A stretch of 64,000 nucleotides of DNA from positions 37,839 through 101,838 of the forward strand of contig MHTJ01000004.1 of NCBI GenBank assembly GCA_001823065.1, written 5' to 3'. Made by a program: the position numbers and the translations under genes. The stretch is from Candidatus Vogelbacteria bacterium RIFOXYD1_FULL_44_32 (GTDB lineage: Bacteria > Patescibacteriota > Minisyncoccia > Phycocordibacterales > XYD1-FULL-46-19). Below are positions 45,445 through 54,810 of this stretch, piece by piece. The notes below the pieces were generated by a model. It was not told where the DNA came from. It saw nothing but the letters and a program-made list of their open reading frames with translations, and made no database searches. Position 1 is the stretch's first letter. Each line of letters starts with the position of its first letter.

Positions 45445-45464
45445 GGAAATGTTTTTCGCCGAGC
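45445..45464. repeat. Solo copy of the family-A1 20-bp arm (ggaaatgtttttcgccgagc)
   Basis: Exact reverse complement of 8420-8439 with no partner arm or core nearby. Confidence 0.7.
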
Positions 45465-45491
45465 CTTTGATATATTTCCCAACCCAGCGAA

Positions 45492-45733
45492 CATTCTAAT
45501 TTTGGACTTTCGCGAGAGTGAATTTGGAAATCAAGGAAGCGAGCAGTAAATTCCATCTGTTTGACCCTGTGGAATAAGTAGACAAACTTTTTTAAGCAAT
45601 TAATATTCTGTTCTGAAGTTATATAATCACTAAATGTTAAAGTCTCTATTCCACGGGGGAGTTATGGAATTTGCGTCGTGAGATGAGTATGATTTCCAAT
45701 TTACGAAGCGTCCCCAGTCCAAAAATTAGAATG
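45492..45733. repeat. MITE-like nested inverted-repeat element abutting the dnaE stop
   Basis: Outer inverted repeat cattctaattttggact (45492-45508) / agtccaaaaattagaatg (45716-45733); inner repeat tgaatttggaaatca (45519-45533) / tgatttccaatttac (45690-45704). Confidence 0.5.
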
Positions 45734-45741
45734 TGAGCGCC

Positions 45742-48700
45742 CTATTCTAAGACTTTCACCGCTTCTACCAACAGACTGGGCTCGCCATTGCGATGATTTA
45801 TTTTTCCCTTTAGAGCCAGACAGGTATCGGGGACCAAAATATCTTTAAAATTTAGATAGCGGTCAGAAAAGAATACGGTTTCAATTTTGTCGGTTAGGTC
45901 GGCAATGCGGACAAAAGCCATAGCGTCACCTTTTTTAGTGTAAATGACTTTTACTTCCTCTACTATCCCGCCAATCGTGGTAGTGGTCCCGTCGTGGAGG
46001 TGTTTGTTATGGTGAATAGTATTTTCTGCTCGCGTAAATTTGTCTCGAAAAGCATCGAGGGGGTGGCCAGAAATATACAAGCCAAGTAATTCTTTTTCCC
46101 AAACTAGACGTTCTTTAGTTTCGATCGCCGGGTATGGTTTCAGGCGAAAAGCAGGGACGCTCGACTGGTCTGACATGGCGCCAAAGAGGGAATCTTGCCC
46201 ACCCGAGTGGATAGTCTGTTTGGCGTACTCTAAAGCGATTTCCATATTGCCGAGCATAGTGCCCCGGTCTTCGCCCAAAGAGTCGAGAGCGCCAGATTTT
46301 ATCAAAGCTTCTAATGATTTTTTGTTTAAATTCTTATGATTTATGCGGTCGAGAAATTCAGTAAAGTTTTTAAATAGCCCACCTCGTTTACGTTCGGCGA
46401 CAATCGCGTCACCAATGTCTTTGCCAAAGTTTTTAATTGTATACAAACCAAAACGAATTGCCCGACTAGTTTCAATCGTTTTATCGTCTTCGGCGACCAC
46501 AGTGAAATAGCCAAAACTTTCGTTCACATCAGGGGGCAATATTTTTATACCCATTCTTTTACCCTCGTCCACATAGATCGCCACTTGGTCAATATCACCC
46601 GATTCGGCGGTTAGACAGGCACACATGTAGGCGACTGGGAAGTTGGCTTTCATATAGGCCGTTTGATAGGCGACCCGACCGTATGAGGCGGAGTGCGCTT
46701 TGTTGAAACCATATGCCGCAAACGGCTCGAGCCAAGTCCAGATCTCGGTCGCTTTGTCTTTAGTCCAGCCGGTGTGTTCGATACAGCCCTTGATAAATTT
46801 CTCTCGTTGTTCGGCCATCAGTTCGGGAATTTTTTTACCCACCGCTTTGCGAAATTTGTCCACTTCACCCCAAGTGTAGCCAGCCAAGTCGTGGGCCATA
46901 ATCAAGAGGTCATCTTGATAAACCAACACCCCATAGGATTGTTTCAAAATATTTTCCAAAGCCGGGTCTAGATAGGAAATAAGTTTAGGATTGTGTTTTC
47001 TGGCAATATAGTCGGGGATAAATTGCATTGGTCCCGGTCGATAAAGAGCCACCATGGCGTTGATATCGTGGATAGTGCTGGGCTTTAATTCTTTTAGCCA
47101 GCGGGTCATGCCGGCGCCGTTTAGCTGGAACAAACCTTCGGTCTCACCTCGGGCCAACATGGCGAAAGTTGTTTTGTCATCCATCGGGATTGTTTCCAAA
47201 TCAACTTTGTGACCATAAATTTTGGCCACCAGTTTGACCGCATCGGCCAAAATAGATAGGTTGCGCAAACCCAAAAAATCAAATTTGGTTAGGCCGACAC
47301 CGTCTTCGCCCACACTGTACATATCGTATTGGGTAATAAGGGACTCACCTTTGGGGTCCCACTGGATCGGTACATATTCCAAAAGAGGCGAGGGGGCAAT
47401 GACCACGCCAGCGGCGTGGACCGAGATGTGGCGGGCCGAGCCTTCTATTTTTTTAGCCAAGTCTAAAATATTTTTAGTATCGTTTTCGTTGTCATAGGCC
47501 TCTTTTAGCTCGGGGACCATTTCCAGAGCGCGGTCAATTGTCATCGGGAAACCTTGGGAACCCATCGGGATCATTTTGGATAAGCGGTCGCCGACCGAGT
47601 AGGGGTAGCTCAGCGCGCGGGCCACATCGCGTACCGAGCCGCGCGCCATCATTGTTCCAAATGTTCCAATCTGAGCAACTTTGTCGGCGCCATATTTTTG
47701 TTTAGCATATTCAATAATCTCGTCGCGACGATTGTCGGCAAAGTCCATATCGATATCGGGGGCCGAGGGGCGCTCGGGGTTTAGGAAACGCTCAAAGGGG
47801 ATTTGATATTCCAGCGGATTAATCTTGGTAATATCTAGAGCATAAGTAGTGATCGAACCAGCCACCGACCCTCGAATATTATAATAAATATCATTTTCCC
47901 GAGCATAGCGGATTAGGTCTTCTACTACCAAAAAATAGCCGGCATAACCTTTAAATTTAATAATATCTAATTCGTATTCTAGGCGTTTGAGTGCCTCTTC
48001 ACTACTTGCTAGTTCGCGGTTAGCTAAACCAGCTAAAGCGAGTTTTTTAAGTTGGGTGTCAGCGGTTTCGCCCGCGGGTAATTGAAACTCAGGGAAAACA
48101 AATTTACCCAAAGTCATTTCGACTTTACATTTTTCCGCAATCTTTATTGTATTGGCCACAGCTTCGGGCCAGTCGGCATAAATTTCTTCCGCTTCAGCGG
48201 GACTAATGAAAGAATAGTCACCAGCCTTCATCGACATCCCACTTTTGCCGACTTCGGCGCCGGTGTTGATTGCGACTAGAGTGTCTTGGGCTTCGGCATC
48301 GGCTTTGTCTAAATAGTGTGAGTCCCAAGTGGCGACATATGGTAGGTCATATTCCTTGGCCAAAGTTTCTAGACCAGCATGAATATTTTGGATATTTTCT
48401 ACTTCTTTATGATTCATTACTTCTAAATAGAAATTATCGCGGCCAAAAATGGATAACCATTCATCTATTACCTTGCGACCACGGTCGAGATTGTTGGCCG
48501 CCAGCGCCTCGGCTAGTTCGCCCCCCGGACAGCCAGACAAACAGATCAGGCCATCGGCACATTCACGCAATAAGTCCTTGTCGACTCGCGGTTTGTAGTA
48601 ATAGCCCTCGGTGTGGGCCAGGGTGGTAAGTTTGATGAGGTTTCTGTAACCAGTATTGTCTTTAGCCAAGAGGGTGAGGTGGTAACGTTTAGAGTCGATA

Positions 48701-48939
48701 CCTGGTTCTTTGTCGTGGCGACTGCGGACAGCGACATAGACCTCGACCCCGATGACGGGATTTAGACCCTCCTTGGTACATTTTTCATAAAACTCAATAA
48801 TCCCGTACATTGTGCCGTGGTCGGTCAGACCGATAGCTGGCATACCCAAACTCTTGGCCTTTTTGACCAAGGCATCAATTTTAGACAGTCCGTCCAAAAG
48901 GGAATAATGACTATGAGTATGTAAGTGGACAAATGACAT
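45742..48939 (-). CDS. dnaE: DNA polymerase III alpha subunit
   Basis: PHP domain N-terminus MSFVHLHTHSHYSLLDG and the pol IIIα core. Confidence 0.9.
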   Translation of the reverse strand: MSFVHLHTHSHYSLLDGLSKIDALVKKAKSLGMPAIGLTDHGTMYGIIEFYEKCTKEGLNPVIGVEVYVAVRSRHDKEPGIDSKRYHLTLLAKDNTGYRNLIKLTTLAHTEGYYYKPRVDKDLLRECADGLICLSGCPGGELAEALAANNLDRGRKVIDEWLSIFGRDNFYLEVMNHKEVENIQNIHAGLETLAKEYDLPYVATWDSHYLDKADAEAQDTLVAINTGAEVGKSGMSMKAGDYSFISPAEAEEIYADWPEAVANTIKIAEKCKVEMTLGKFVFPEFQLPAGETADTQLKKLALAGLANRELASSEEALKRLEYELDIIKFKGYAGYFLVVEDLIRYARENDIYYNIRGSVAGSITTYALDITKINPLEYQIPFERFLNPERPSAPDIDMDFADNRRDEIIEYAKQKYGADKVAQIGTFGTMMARGSVRDVARALSYPYSVGDRLSKMIPMGSQGFPMTIDRALEMVPELKEAYDNENDTKNILDLAKKIEGSARHISVHAAGVVIAPSPLLEYVPIQWDPKGESLITQYDMYSVGEDGVGLTKFDFLGLRNLSILADAVKLVAKIYGHKVDLETIPMDDKTTFAMLARGETEGLFQLNGAGMTRWLKELKPSTIHDINAMVALYRPGPMQFIPDYIARKHNPKLISYLDPALENILKQSYGVLVYQDDLLIMAHDLAGYTWGEVDKFRKAVGKKIPELMAEQREKFIKGCIEHTGWTKDKATEIWTWLEPFAAYGFNKAHSASYGRVAYQTAYMKANFPVAYMCACLTAESGDIDQVAIYVDEGKRMGIKILPPDVNESFGYFTVVAEDDKTIETSRAIRFGLYTIKNFGKDIGDAIVAERKRGGLFKNFTEFLDRINHKNLNKKSLEALIKSGALDSLGEDRGTMLGNMEIALEYAKQTIHSGGQDSLFGAMSDQSSVPAFRLKPYPAIETKERLVWEKELLGLYISGHPLDAFRDKFTRAENTIHHNKHLHDGTTTTIGGIVEEVKVIYTKKGDAMAFVRIADLTDKIETVFFSDRYLNFKDILVPDTCLALKGKINHRNGEPSLLVEAVKVLE

Positions 48940-49043
48940 AGAGGTAAAGGTGGCTTGCCCCGTTAGATACGAGCTCGCGAGCTATCTAATGGGGACAAAA
49001 GACATTCCGCCTATTATAGCAGAGCCCGTGGTAGAATTTTAGG

Positions 49044-49700
49044 ATGGCAAAAAAGGAGAACATAAAATGGCTAATTGGGGTAGACGAAGCCGGGCGGGGG
49101 CCGGTCGCAGGGCCAGTGACAGTGGGGCTTCTAGCGATAAAATCAAAAAAACTAAATTTTCTAAAAAATAAATTTTTTGCTGGCGGGGTCAGAGATTCTA
49201 AAAAACTGTCAGCCAAAAAGCGGGAAGCAATTTTAGCCGAATTAAATATTTTGCAAAAAGAAGGTTGGCTGAAATTTGTTTGTGCTCATATCGAATCCAA
49301 AAAAATAGATAGCGAGGGTATTAATCAGTCGATAAAAAATGGCATCGTCCAAGTTTTAAATAAGATAAAAATTTCACCCAAAGAGTGTGAAGTTCGCCTC
49401 GATGGTCTTTTAAAGGCACCGGCCGTATTTACCAATCAAACCACTATTATAAAAGGCGATGAAACTGAGGTGGTGATAGCGCTGGCCTCGGTGGTGGCCA
49501 AAGTCAGTCGGGACCAATTGATGGTAAAATTGGCCCTAAAATACCCCGATTATGGTTTGGAGAGACACAAGGGTTATGGCACTAGGTTGCACCTAAAAGC
49601 CCTAAAAAGGCATGGTTTAAGCCCGATTCACCGTCAGACGTATCTTGGTCGGCTAGTTGGTTTGGTCCCGACTGGGGATTTGCATAAAAGAGGTAAATAA
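49044..49700 (+). CDS. rnhB: Ribonuclease HII
   Basis: LIGVDEAGRGPVAGPV motif. Start is 6 nt after TAGAAT. Confidence 0.85.
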   Translation: MAKKENIKWLIGVDEAGRGPVAGPVTVGLLAIKSKKLNFLKNKFFAGGVRDSKKLSAKKREAILAELNILQKEGWLKFVCAHIESKKIDSEGINQSIKNGIVQVLNKIKISPKECEVRLDGLLKAPAVFTNQTTIIKGDETEVVIALASVVAKVSRDQLMVKLALKYPDYGLERHKGYGTRLHLKALKRHGLSPIHRQTYLGRLVGLVPTGDLHKRGK

Positions 49701-49715
49701 TATATAGTTTCCGAT

Positions 49716-49952
49716 ATGTCAGTCCGAATGAGACACACTAGGGCCCACACCGGCAATCGCCGGTCACATCACGCGCTTACTACCGCGCGTCTTTCCAAGT
49801 GCACCAAATGTGGCGAGCTTCATCTGCGCCACCGGGCTTGTTTGTCTTGTGGTTCATACCGCGGTAAAGAAGTAGTAGATGTAGTGGCCAAAGCCGAGAA
49901 GAAAAATAAGAAAAGCCAAGCGCGTGCCAAAGTGGCGGGTGGTGTCAAATAG
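49716..49952 (+). CDS. rpmF: 50S ribosomal protein L32
   Basis: Basic N-terminus RHTRAHTGNRRSHHAL and the zinc ribbon CTKCGELHLRHRACLSCGSYRG. Confidence 0.75.
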   Translation: MSVRMRHTRAHTGNRRSHHALTTARLSKCTKCGELHLRHRACLSCGSYRGKEVVDVVAKAEKKNKKSQARAKVAGGVK

Positions 49953-50020
49953 TTTTTAGGTTTTTGGCTGGGGTTGGCAGTAGAGTTTTAATAAGTTTTT
50001 TAAAAACAGATCTTTCCCAT

Positions 50021-50935
50021 ATGGCCAATCGTCATTTATCGAGAAGCGTGGCAATGCAGGCCCTTTTCGAGTGGGATTTTAATGATATTTCAGCGTCTAA
50101 AGCTGATGAGCTAGTTAATCGGGTGATAGCCGACTTTGCCCCGGGTTTAGACAACCCGGGTTTTGCGCGGGAGCTAGTGACAGGGGTGGCCGAAAAGCAA
50201 GACAAGCTTGACGCGATTATTGAAAAGGCCGCCCCCGAGTGGCCACTCCAGCATATTGCGATTGTGGACCGTAATGTCTTGCGTCTGGGTCTCTATGAGC
50301 TTTTATTTGGCGACAAAAAAGAGGTGCCGGCGCGGGTCGCGATCAATGAAGCGATTGAACTCGCCAAAACTTTTGGTGGGGAAAATAGCGGTCGGTTTGT
50401 CAATGGGGTACTGGGGGCAGTTTATAAAGAAATGGGCGAGCCGGGTAAATTTGATGTTCCAGCCAAGAAAAAGCGCCCGAAAGATGTCCCCTATGAAGAA
50501 ATGCCGATTGAAAAGCTGGGTGGGGCGGTGGTTTTTTGTGAACATGACAGTGAAATATATTTAGCACTCGTGCATGATATTTTTGGCTACTGGACCTTGT
50601 CCAAGGGGCATATTGAAGCTGGTTTGGCAGTCGAGGACGGGACGGCCCAAGAGATTTTAGAGGAATTGTCGGTGCCGATTATAATCAAAGATAGTCTAGG
50701 AAAAAATGAATATATCGCGTCGGATCCAGAGAAAGGGAAAATTCGTAAACAGGTCAATTATTTTCTCGCCGAATGTACCGATGAAAATTTTGCCAAGCTA
50801 AAACTAGCCGCGGATAAGGGCGGATTAGATGATTTACGTTGGTTTAAACTGGAGGAAATTGCCGATTTGAAAATGTATGACGACATTTTACCTTTCGTGA
50901 CAAAAGGGATAAAACTTGTTATGGATAGTAGATAA
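50021..50935 (+). CDS. nusB: NusB antitermination factor fused to a C-terminal NUDIX-like domain
   Basis: NusB region SRSVAMQALFEWDF...LRLGLYELLF...AINEAIELAKTFGGE. C-terminal ~150 aa contain a degenerate Nudix-box-like GHIEAGLAVEDGTAQEILEELSV. Confidence 0.7.
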   Translation: MANRHLSRSVAMQALFEWDFNDISASKADELVNRVIADFAPGLDNPGFARELVTGVAEKQDKLDAIIEKAAPEWPLQHIAIVDRNVLRLGLYELLFGDKKEVPARVAINEAIELAKTFGGENSGRFVNGVLGAVYKEMGEPGKFDVPAKKKRPKDVPYEEMPIEKLGGAVVFCEHDSEIYLALVHDIFGYWTLSKGHIEAGLAVEDGTAQEILEELSVPIIIKDSLGKNEYIASDPEKGKIRKQVNYFLAECTDENFAKLKLAADKGGLDDLRWFKLEEIADLKMYDDILPFVTKGIKLVMDSR

Positions 50936-50940
50936 AAGAT

Positions 50941-51636
50941 ATGAATACAGAACCCCAGAAATTTGCAGAGGCCATTGGTATTGGTTTCACTAATATAGAT
51001 TTTTTGATTCAGGCCTTTACGCATCGGTCTTATTTAAATGAGCATCGGGAAATTAGCCACGACCACAACGAACGGCTCGAGTTTTTGGGTGACGCCGTCC
51101 TCGAGCTAGTGGTCACCAATTTTCTATACAAAACTTTTCCCGGGAAACCCGAGGGCGAGCTGACGGCCTACCGGGCCGCTTTGGTCAACACCACTACTCT
51201 GTCGGATGCGGCCAAAAAACTAGGGATGAATGATTATTTGCTATTGTCCAAAGGGGAAGCCAAAGACACCGGCCGGGCCCGCCAATATATTTTAGCCAAC
51301 ACTTTCGAGGCGGTGATTGGCGCCATTTATCTTGACCAGGGTTATGATGTGGCCACGGACTTTATCACGACCAACTTATTGTATTTGATTAAGGAAATTG
51401 TGGCCAAAAATTTGTGGCAAGATGCCAAAAGTTTTTTTCAAGAAAAGGCGCAGGAGGTAGAGGGGGTGACACCGGCTTATGAAGTATTGAAACAGATTGG
51501 ACCCGACCACAACAAATGCTTTACTGTTGGCGTGTATTTGCGGGACGAACTAGTCGCCGAAGGGGAGGGACACTCGAAACAAGAGGCGGAACAGGAGGCC
51601 GCAAAGGGGGGATTGGAGAAAAAGGGGTGGGGGTAA
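50941..51636 (+). CDS. rnc: Ribonuclease III
   Basis: RNase III signature ERLEFLGDAVLEL and a C-terminal dsRBD. Confidence 0.9.
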   Translation: MNTEPQKFAEAIGIGFTNIDFLIQAFTHRSYLNEHREISHDHNERLEFLGDAVLELVVTNFLYKTFPGKPEGELTAYRAALVNTTTLSDAAKKLGMNDYLLLSKGEAKDTGRARQYILANTFEAVIGAIYLDQGYDVATDFITTNLLYLIKEIVAKNLWQDAKSFFQEKAQEVEGVTPAYEVLKQIGPDHNKCFTVGVYLRDELVAEGEGHSKQEAEQEAAKGGLEKKGWG

Positions 51637-51810
51637 GCACTCGCCTAGCTTCCCTTTCCAAACACAGAAAAAGCCCCAGCGGGCTTTTCCTTCTGCTCCA
51701 GCGGGGCCGTTTGGCCTAGTGCCTACTGGCACAAAATTCTCCAAAGGCCAAAACCCTGCCGGCCGACACCTCCGCAAGGTTTGGAAAGGGAACTAGGCTC
51801 GCTGGGTTGG
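51637..51810. repeat. Structured intergenic repeat, family B copy 2
   Basis: Starts immediately after the rnc stop. Same core as copies 1 and 3 but with different hairpin inserts (aaaagccccagcgggctttt; gtgcctactggcac). Confidence 0.75.
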
Positions 51811-51843
51811 ATAATAAAGTAGAAGTATAGGTGTTTTTTGTCT

Positions 51844-51871
51844 TGACAGATTATCTGTGCATTCTATAATT
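51844..51871 (+). promoter_or_regulatory. Consensus sigma70-type promoter (TTGACA-16nt-TATAAT)
   Basis: TTGACA at 51844-51849 and TATAAT at 51866-51871. Confidence 0.6.
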
Positions 51872-51933
51872 TTACAAGAATAAAATTCAACCATCCTTGA
51901 GACTTTGTCAAAAGGACGAGAAGGAGAAGATAT

Positions 51934-52179
51934 ATGCATGGGTTCCCGGATGAAGACGACAATGATGTCGTCTTGGTTAGTCACGATCCACTGGTGTATT
52001 TGATAAAACCAGAAGGAGTGACCATTGGTCGATTTGAGGCTTATGAGGCCTTTGCTGGTGCTGTTGGTCGCCTTCGGAAACTTTGCCCGGATGTGAAGTT
52101 TCAATTCATTTCAGCTGGATTTGAGACTATTGAAGGCGCAGACCCGGCTTTGTCGGTCATTATGGCGATTGCGGACTAA
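51934..52179 (+). CDS. Small acidic protein (81 aa) with strong promoter, SD and terminator
   Basis: AAGGAG 7 nt upstream of the ATG. Terminator gtcgccgcagg-tttta-cctgcggcgac + T8 at 52194-52230. No recognised motif. Confidence 0.55.
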   Translation: MHGFPDEDDNDVVLVSHDPLVYLIKPEGVTIGRFEAYEAFAGAVGRLRKLCPDVKFQFISAGFETIEGADPALSVIMAIAD

Positions 52180-52280
52180 GTGTCGCTGAATCAGTCGCCG
52201 CAGGTTTTACCTGCGGCGACTTTCTTTTTTATGTTAAAATAATACAGACAAATACAAGCTATACTTTATACTAATTTTCT

Positions 52281-54512
52281 ATGCGTCTCCTTTCCCTTGA
52301 ACTATCTGGTTTCAAGTCGTTTGCTAAAAAGACGACGCTTCTTTTTGAGTCGCAGGTCACTTCGATTGTCGGCCCCAATGGTAGTGGCAAGTCCAATGTG
52401 GCCGAGGCCTTTCGTTGGGTGTTGGGCGAGCAGTCGCTAAAGTCACTGCGGGGTAAGCGGGGCGAGGATTTAATTTTTAATGGCGGTGGCGGCCACAGCC
52501 AGCAAAGCAAAGCCAGTGCCACGGTGGTTTTTGACAATCGTGACAAGCGCCTCGCTTTTGACTTTGACGAAGTAGCTATCACCCGTAGTGTCTATCGTGA
52601 TGGGACCAATGAATATAAAATAAACAATTCGGTCGTGCGTTTGAAAGATGTGCTCGAGCTGTTGTCGGGGGTGTCACTGGGGCCATCGGGACATCATATT
52701 ATTAGTCAGGGTGAAGCGGACCGAATTTTGAACGCGAGCTTGAAAGAAAGGCGCGAGATGATTGAAGAGGCGCTGGGGCTAAAGGCCTATCAGTGGAAAA
52801 TTGAAGAGAGCGAAAGAAAGTTGGCCAAAACGGAAGAAAATATCCGGCAGGTGGAGTCACTGCGGCGGGAAATTGCGCCCCATATTAAATTTCTTAAAAA
52901 ACAGGTAGAAAAAATCGAAAAGATTGATGAATTACGGCGTGATTTAAAAAAGAAATATCTCGACTATTTTATTCGCGAGGATGACTATCTCAAAAGTGAG
53001 CAAGCCGAAATCAATTCTCGACGCGCTAAACCGGAAGCGGAGCTGGCCGGGGTAATAAATAAATTGGCGCAAGTTGAAAATTTGTTAGCCTCACCCGATG
53101 AGGTGACCAAGGACAAGATGCAGGCGCTAGCTACCGCCGACCGAACTTTGCGGGAAATGCAAAGTCAGAAAGATGAATTGGCGCGCTCTTTGGGCCGGTT
53201 GGAGGGGATGATCGAAATTAGGTCTGAGGAAAAGCCTCTTACCGAGGGCGGTCGTAGTGTCCCTTTTGGAGAAATAAAAGATTTCACCGGCCGGCTGGCG
53301 GAGAGTATTGTGCGGGCCGAAGAAGCTGGTGATTTTTCAGTGCTTAAAAATATTTTAGGGCAGATTAAGGTGGAAATAAAAAGTTTTGTTGACCGGTTTC
53401 GCGAGGCACCGGCTGTGCGAGACAACCAAGTGGCTCTCTCGAGTTTAGTGCAGGAAAAAGAAGAAGCGACAAGGGAACTGGGCGAACTGGAAGCGCGTGA
53501 ACTAAATTTGCGGGAGGAAAGAAAAAATATGGCCAGTAGTTTGGAAGCGGGGCGCGAGCGTCTCCACGGGGCCGAGCGGGAACGTTATGAATTGCGGGCC
53601 CAAAAAAGTGAGTGGCAGGCAGTGTTGCACGACTTGTCGGCGCGCGAGCAAACCTTGACCCGCGAGCGGGAAAATTTTACTAAAGAAATAGCTGAAGCCC
53701 GGGTGCTGGTGGACAGCGAAGTGGCAGATTTTCGGCGGTTGGTACCGCTGGTACCGGATATGAATGAAGCGCGTGATGCTCAATATGACCGCTTACGCGA
53801 AATTGAAAAAATCAAAATTCGACTAGAGGATATGGGGGTCGAGACTGGGGATGTGCTCGAAGAATACAAAGAGGTGACCGACCGGGACCTTTTTCTAGAA
53901 AAAGAATTGGTCGATTTACATCAAAGTGCTGATTCGTTGCAGAAAATAATGGCGGAATTAAAAGAAAAACTGACGGTCGAGTTTAAAGAGGGTATCGATA
54001 AGATTAATAAAGAATTTAGTAATTATTTTACCCTCATGTTTGGTGGTGGCACCGCCGAGCTGAAAGTGGTGGCCCAGCCTAAACGTCGTTCGTTGGCGGA
54101 TGAAATACTAGAAGGGACTAATCTCGGCGAGTATGCCGAGACGGCTAAACCTGAAGAGGGTATTGATATTGGCGTATCTTTACCGCGCAAAAAAGTCAAA
54201 GGGCTGGTGATGATGTCGGGTGGGGAAAGAGCGCTGACCTCGATTGCACTCCTTTTTGCAATGTCGCAAGTTAACCCACCACCGTTTATTATTTTAGATG
54301 AAACTGATGCGGCCCTCGATGAAGCCAATTCACGCAAGTATGGCGATATGATAGAACGGCTGGCCAAAGAGTCACAACTGATTTTGATTACGCACAACCG
54401 CGAGACCATGTCGCGAGCTGGCGTTTTGTACGGGGTGACGATGGGCGCCGACGGGGTGTCAAAATTACTCTCAATCAAGTTTGATGAGGCCGCTTCAACT
54501 TTTGCAAAGTAG
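52281..54512 (+). CDS. smc: SMC-family chromosome-segregation ATPase (compact, 743 aa, no obvious hinge)
   Basis: N-terminus MRLLSLELSGFKSFAKKTTLLFE...IVGPNGSGKSNV. C-terminus LSGGERALTSIALLFA...ILDETDAALDEAN. A long coiled-coil region lies between them. Confidence 0.75.
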   Translation: MRLLSLELSGFKSFAKKTTLLFESQVTSIVGPNGSGKSNVAEAFRWVLGEQSLKSLRGKRGEDLIFNGGGGHSQQSKASATVVFDNRDKRLAFDFDEVAITRSVYRDGTNEYKINNSVVRLKDVLELLSGVSLGPSGHHIISQGEADRILNASLKERREMIEEALGLKAYQWKIEESERKLAKTEENIRQVESLRREIAPHIKFLKKQVEKIEKIDELRRDLKKKYLDYFIREDDYLKSEQAEINSRRAKPEAELAGVINKLAQVENLLASPDEVTKDKMQALATADRTLREMQSQKDELARSLGRLEGMIEIRSEEKPLTEGGRSVPFGEIKDFTGRLAESIVRAEEAGDFSVLKNILGQIKVEIKSFVDRFREAPAVRDNQVALSSLVQEKEEATRELGELEARELNLREERKNMASSLEAGRERLHGAERERYELRAQKSEWQAVLHDLSAREQTLTRERENFTKEIAEARVLVDSEVADFRRLVPLVPDMNEARDAQYDRLREIEKIKIRLEDMGVETGDVLEEYKEVTDRDLFLEKELVDLHQSADSLQKIMAELKEKLTVEFKEGIDKINKEFSNYFTLMFGGGTAELKVVAQPKRRSLADEILEGTNLGEYAETAKPEEGIDIGVSLPRKKVKGLVMMSGGERALTSIALLFAMSQVNPPPFIILDETDAALDEANSRKYGDMIERLAKESQLILITHNRETMSRAGVLYGVTMGADGVSKLLSIKFDEAASTFAK

Positions 54513-54690
54513 GGCACTCACCTCACTTCCTTTTCCAAACACATCGCCACACCTCTAGAGGTGTGGCGATTTTGCTCCAGCGGGGCCGTTTGGCCTCGTG
54601 TCTGCTGACACAACAATACCTAAGGCCAAAACCCTGCCGGCCGCCACCTCCGCAAGGTTTGGAAAAGGAAGGAGGTTCGCTGGGCTGGGG
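54513..54690. repeat. Structured intergenic repeat, family B copy 3
   Basis: Starts immediately after the smc stop. The outer stem changed compensatorily relative to copies 1 and 2 (cacttccttttccaaac / gtttggaaaaggaagg). Confidence 0.75.
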
Positions 54691-54810
54691 AGGGGAAGGG
54701 GTAAATGGTAAAACTAGGTCAGTGGTGGTAGGATATTTGAGATGGATGAATTGGAAAAAGTTAAACAAAAATTGGCGGAAATATTGGGTAGCGATAAGTG
54801 ATTTAACAAA

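Noticed and set aside
51793-52104. 103-aa minus-strand ORF
   Set aside because: It overlaps the well-signalled 81-aa + strand gene and its promoter and has no SD or promoter of its own.
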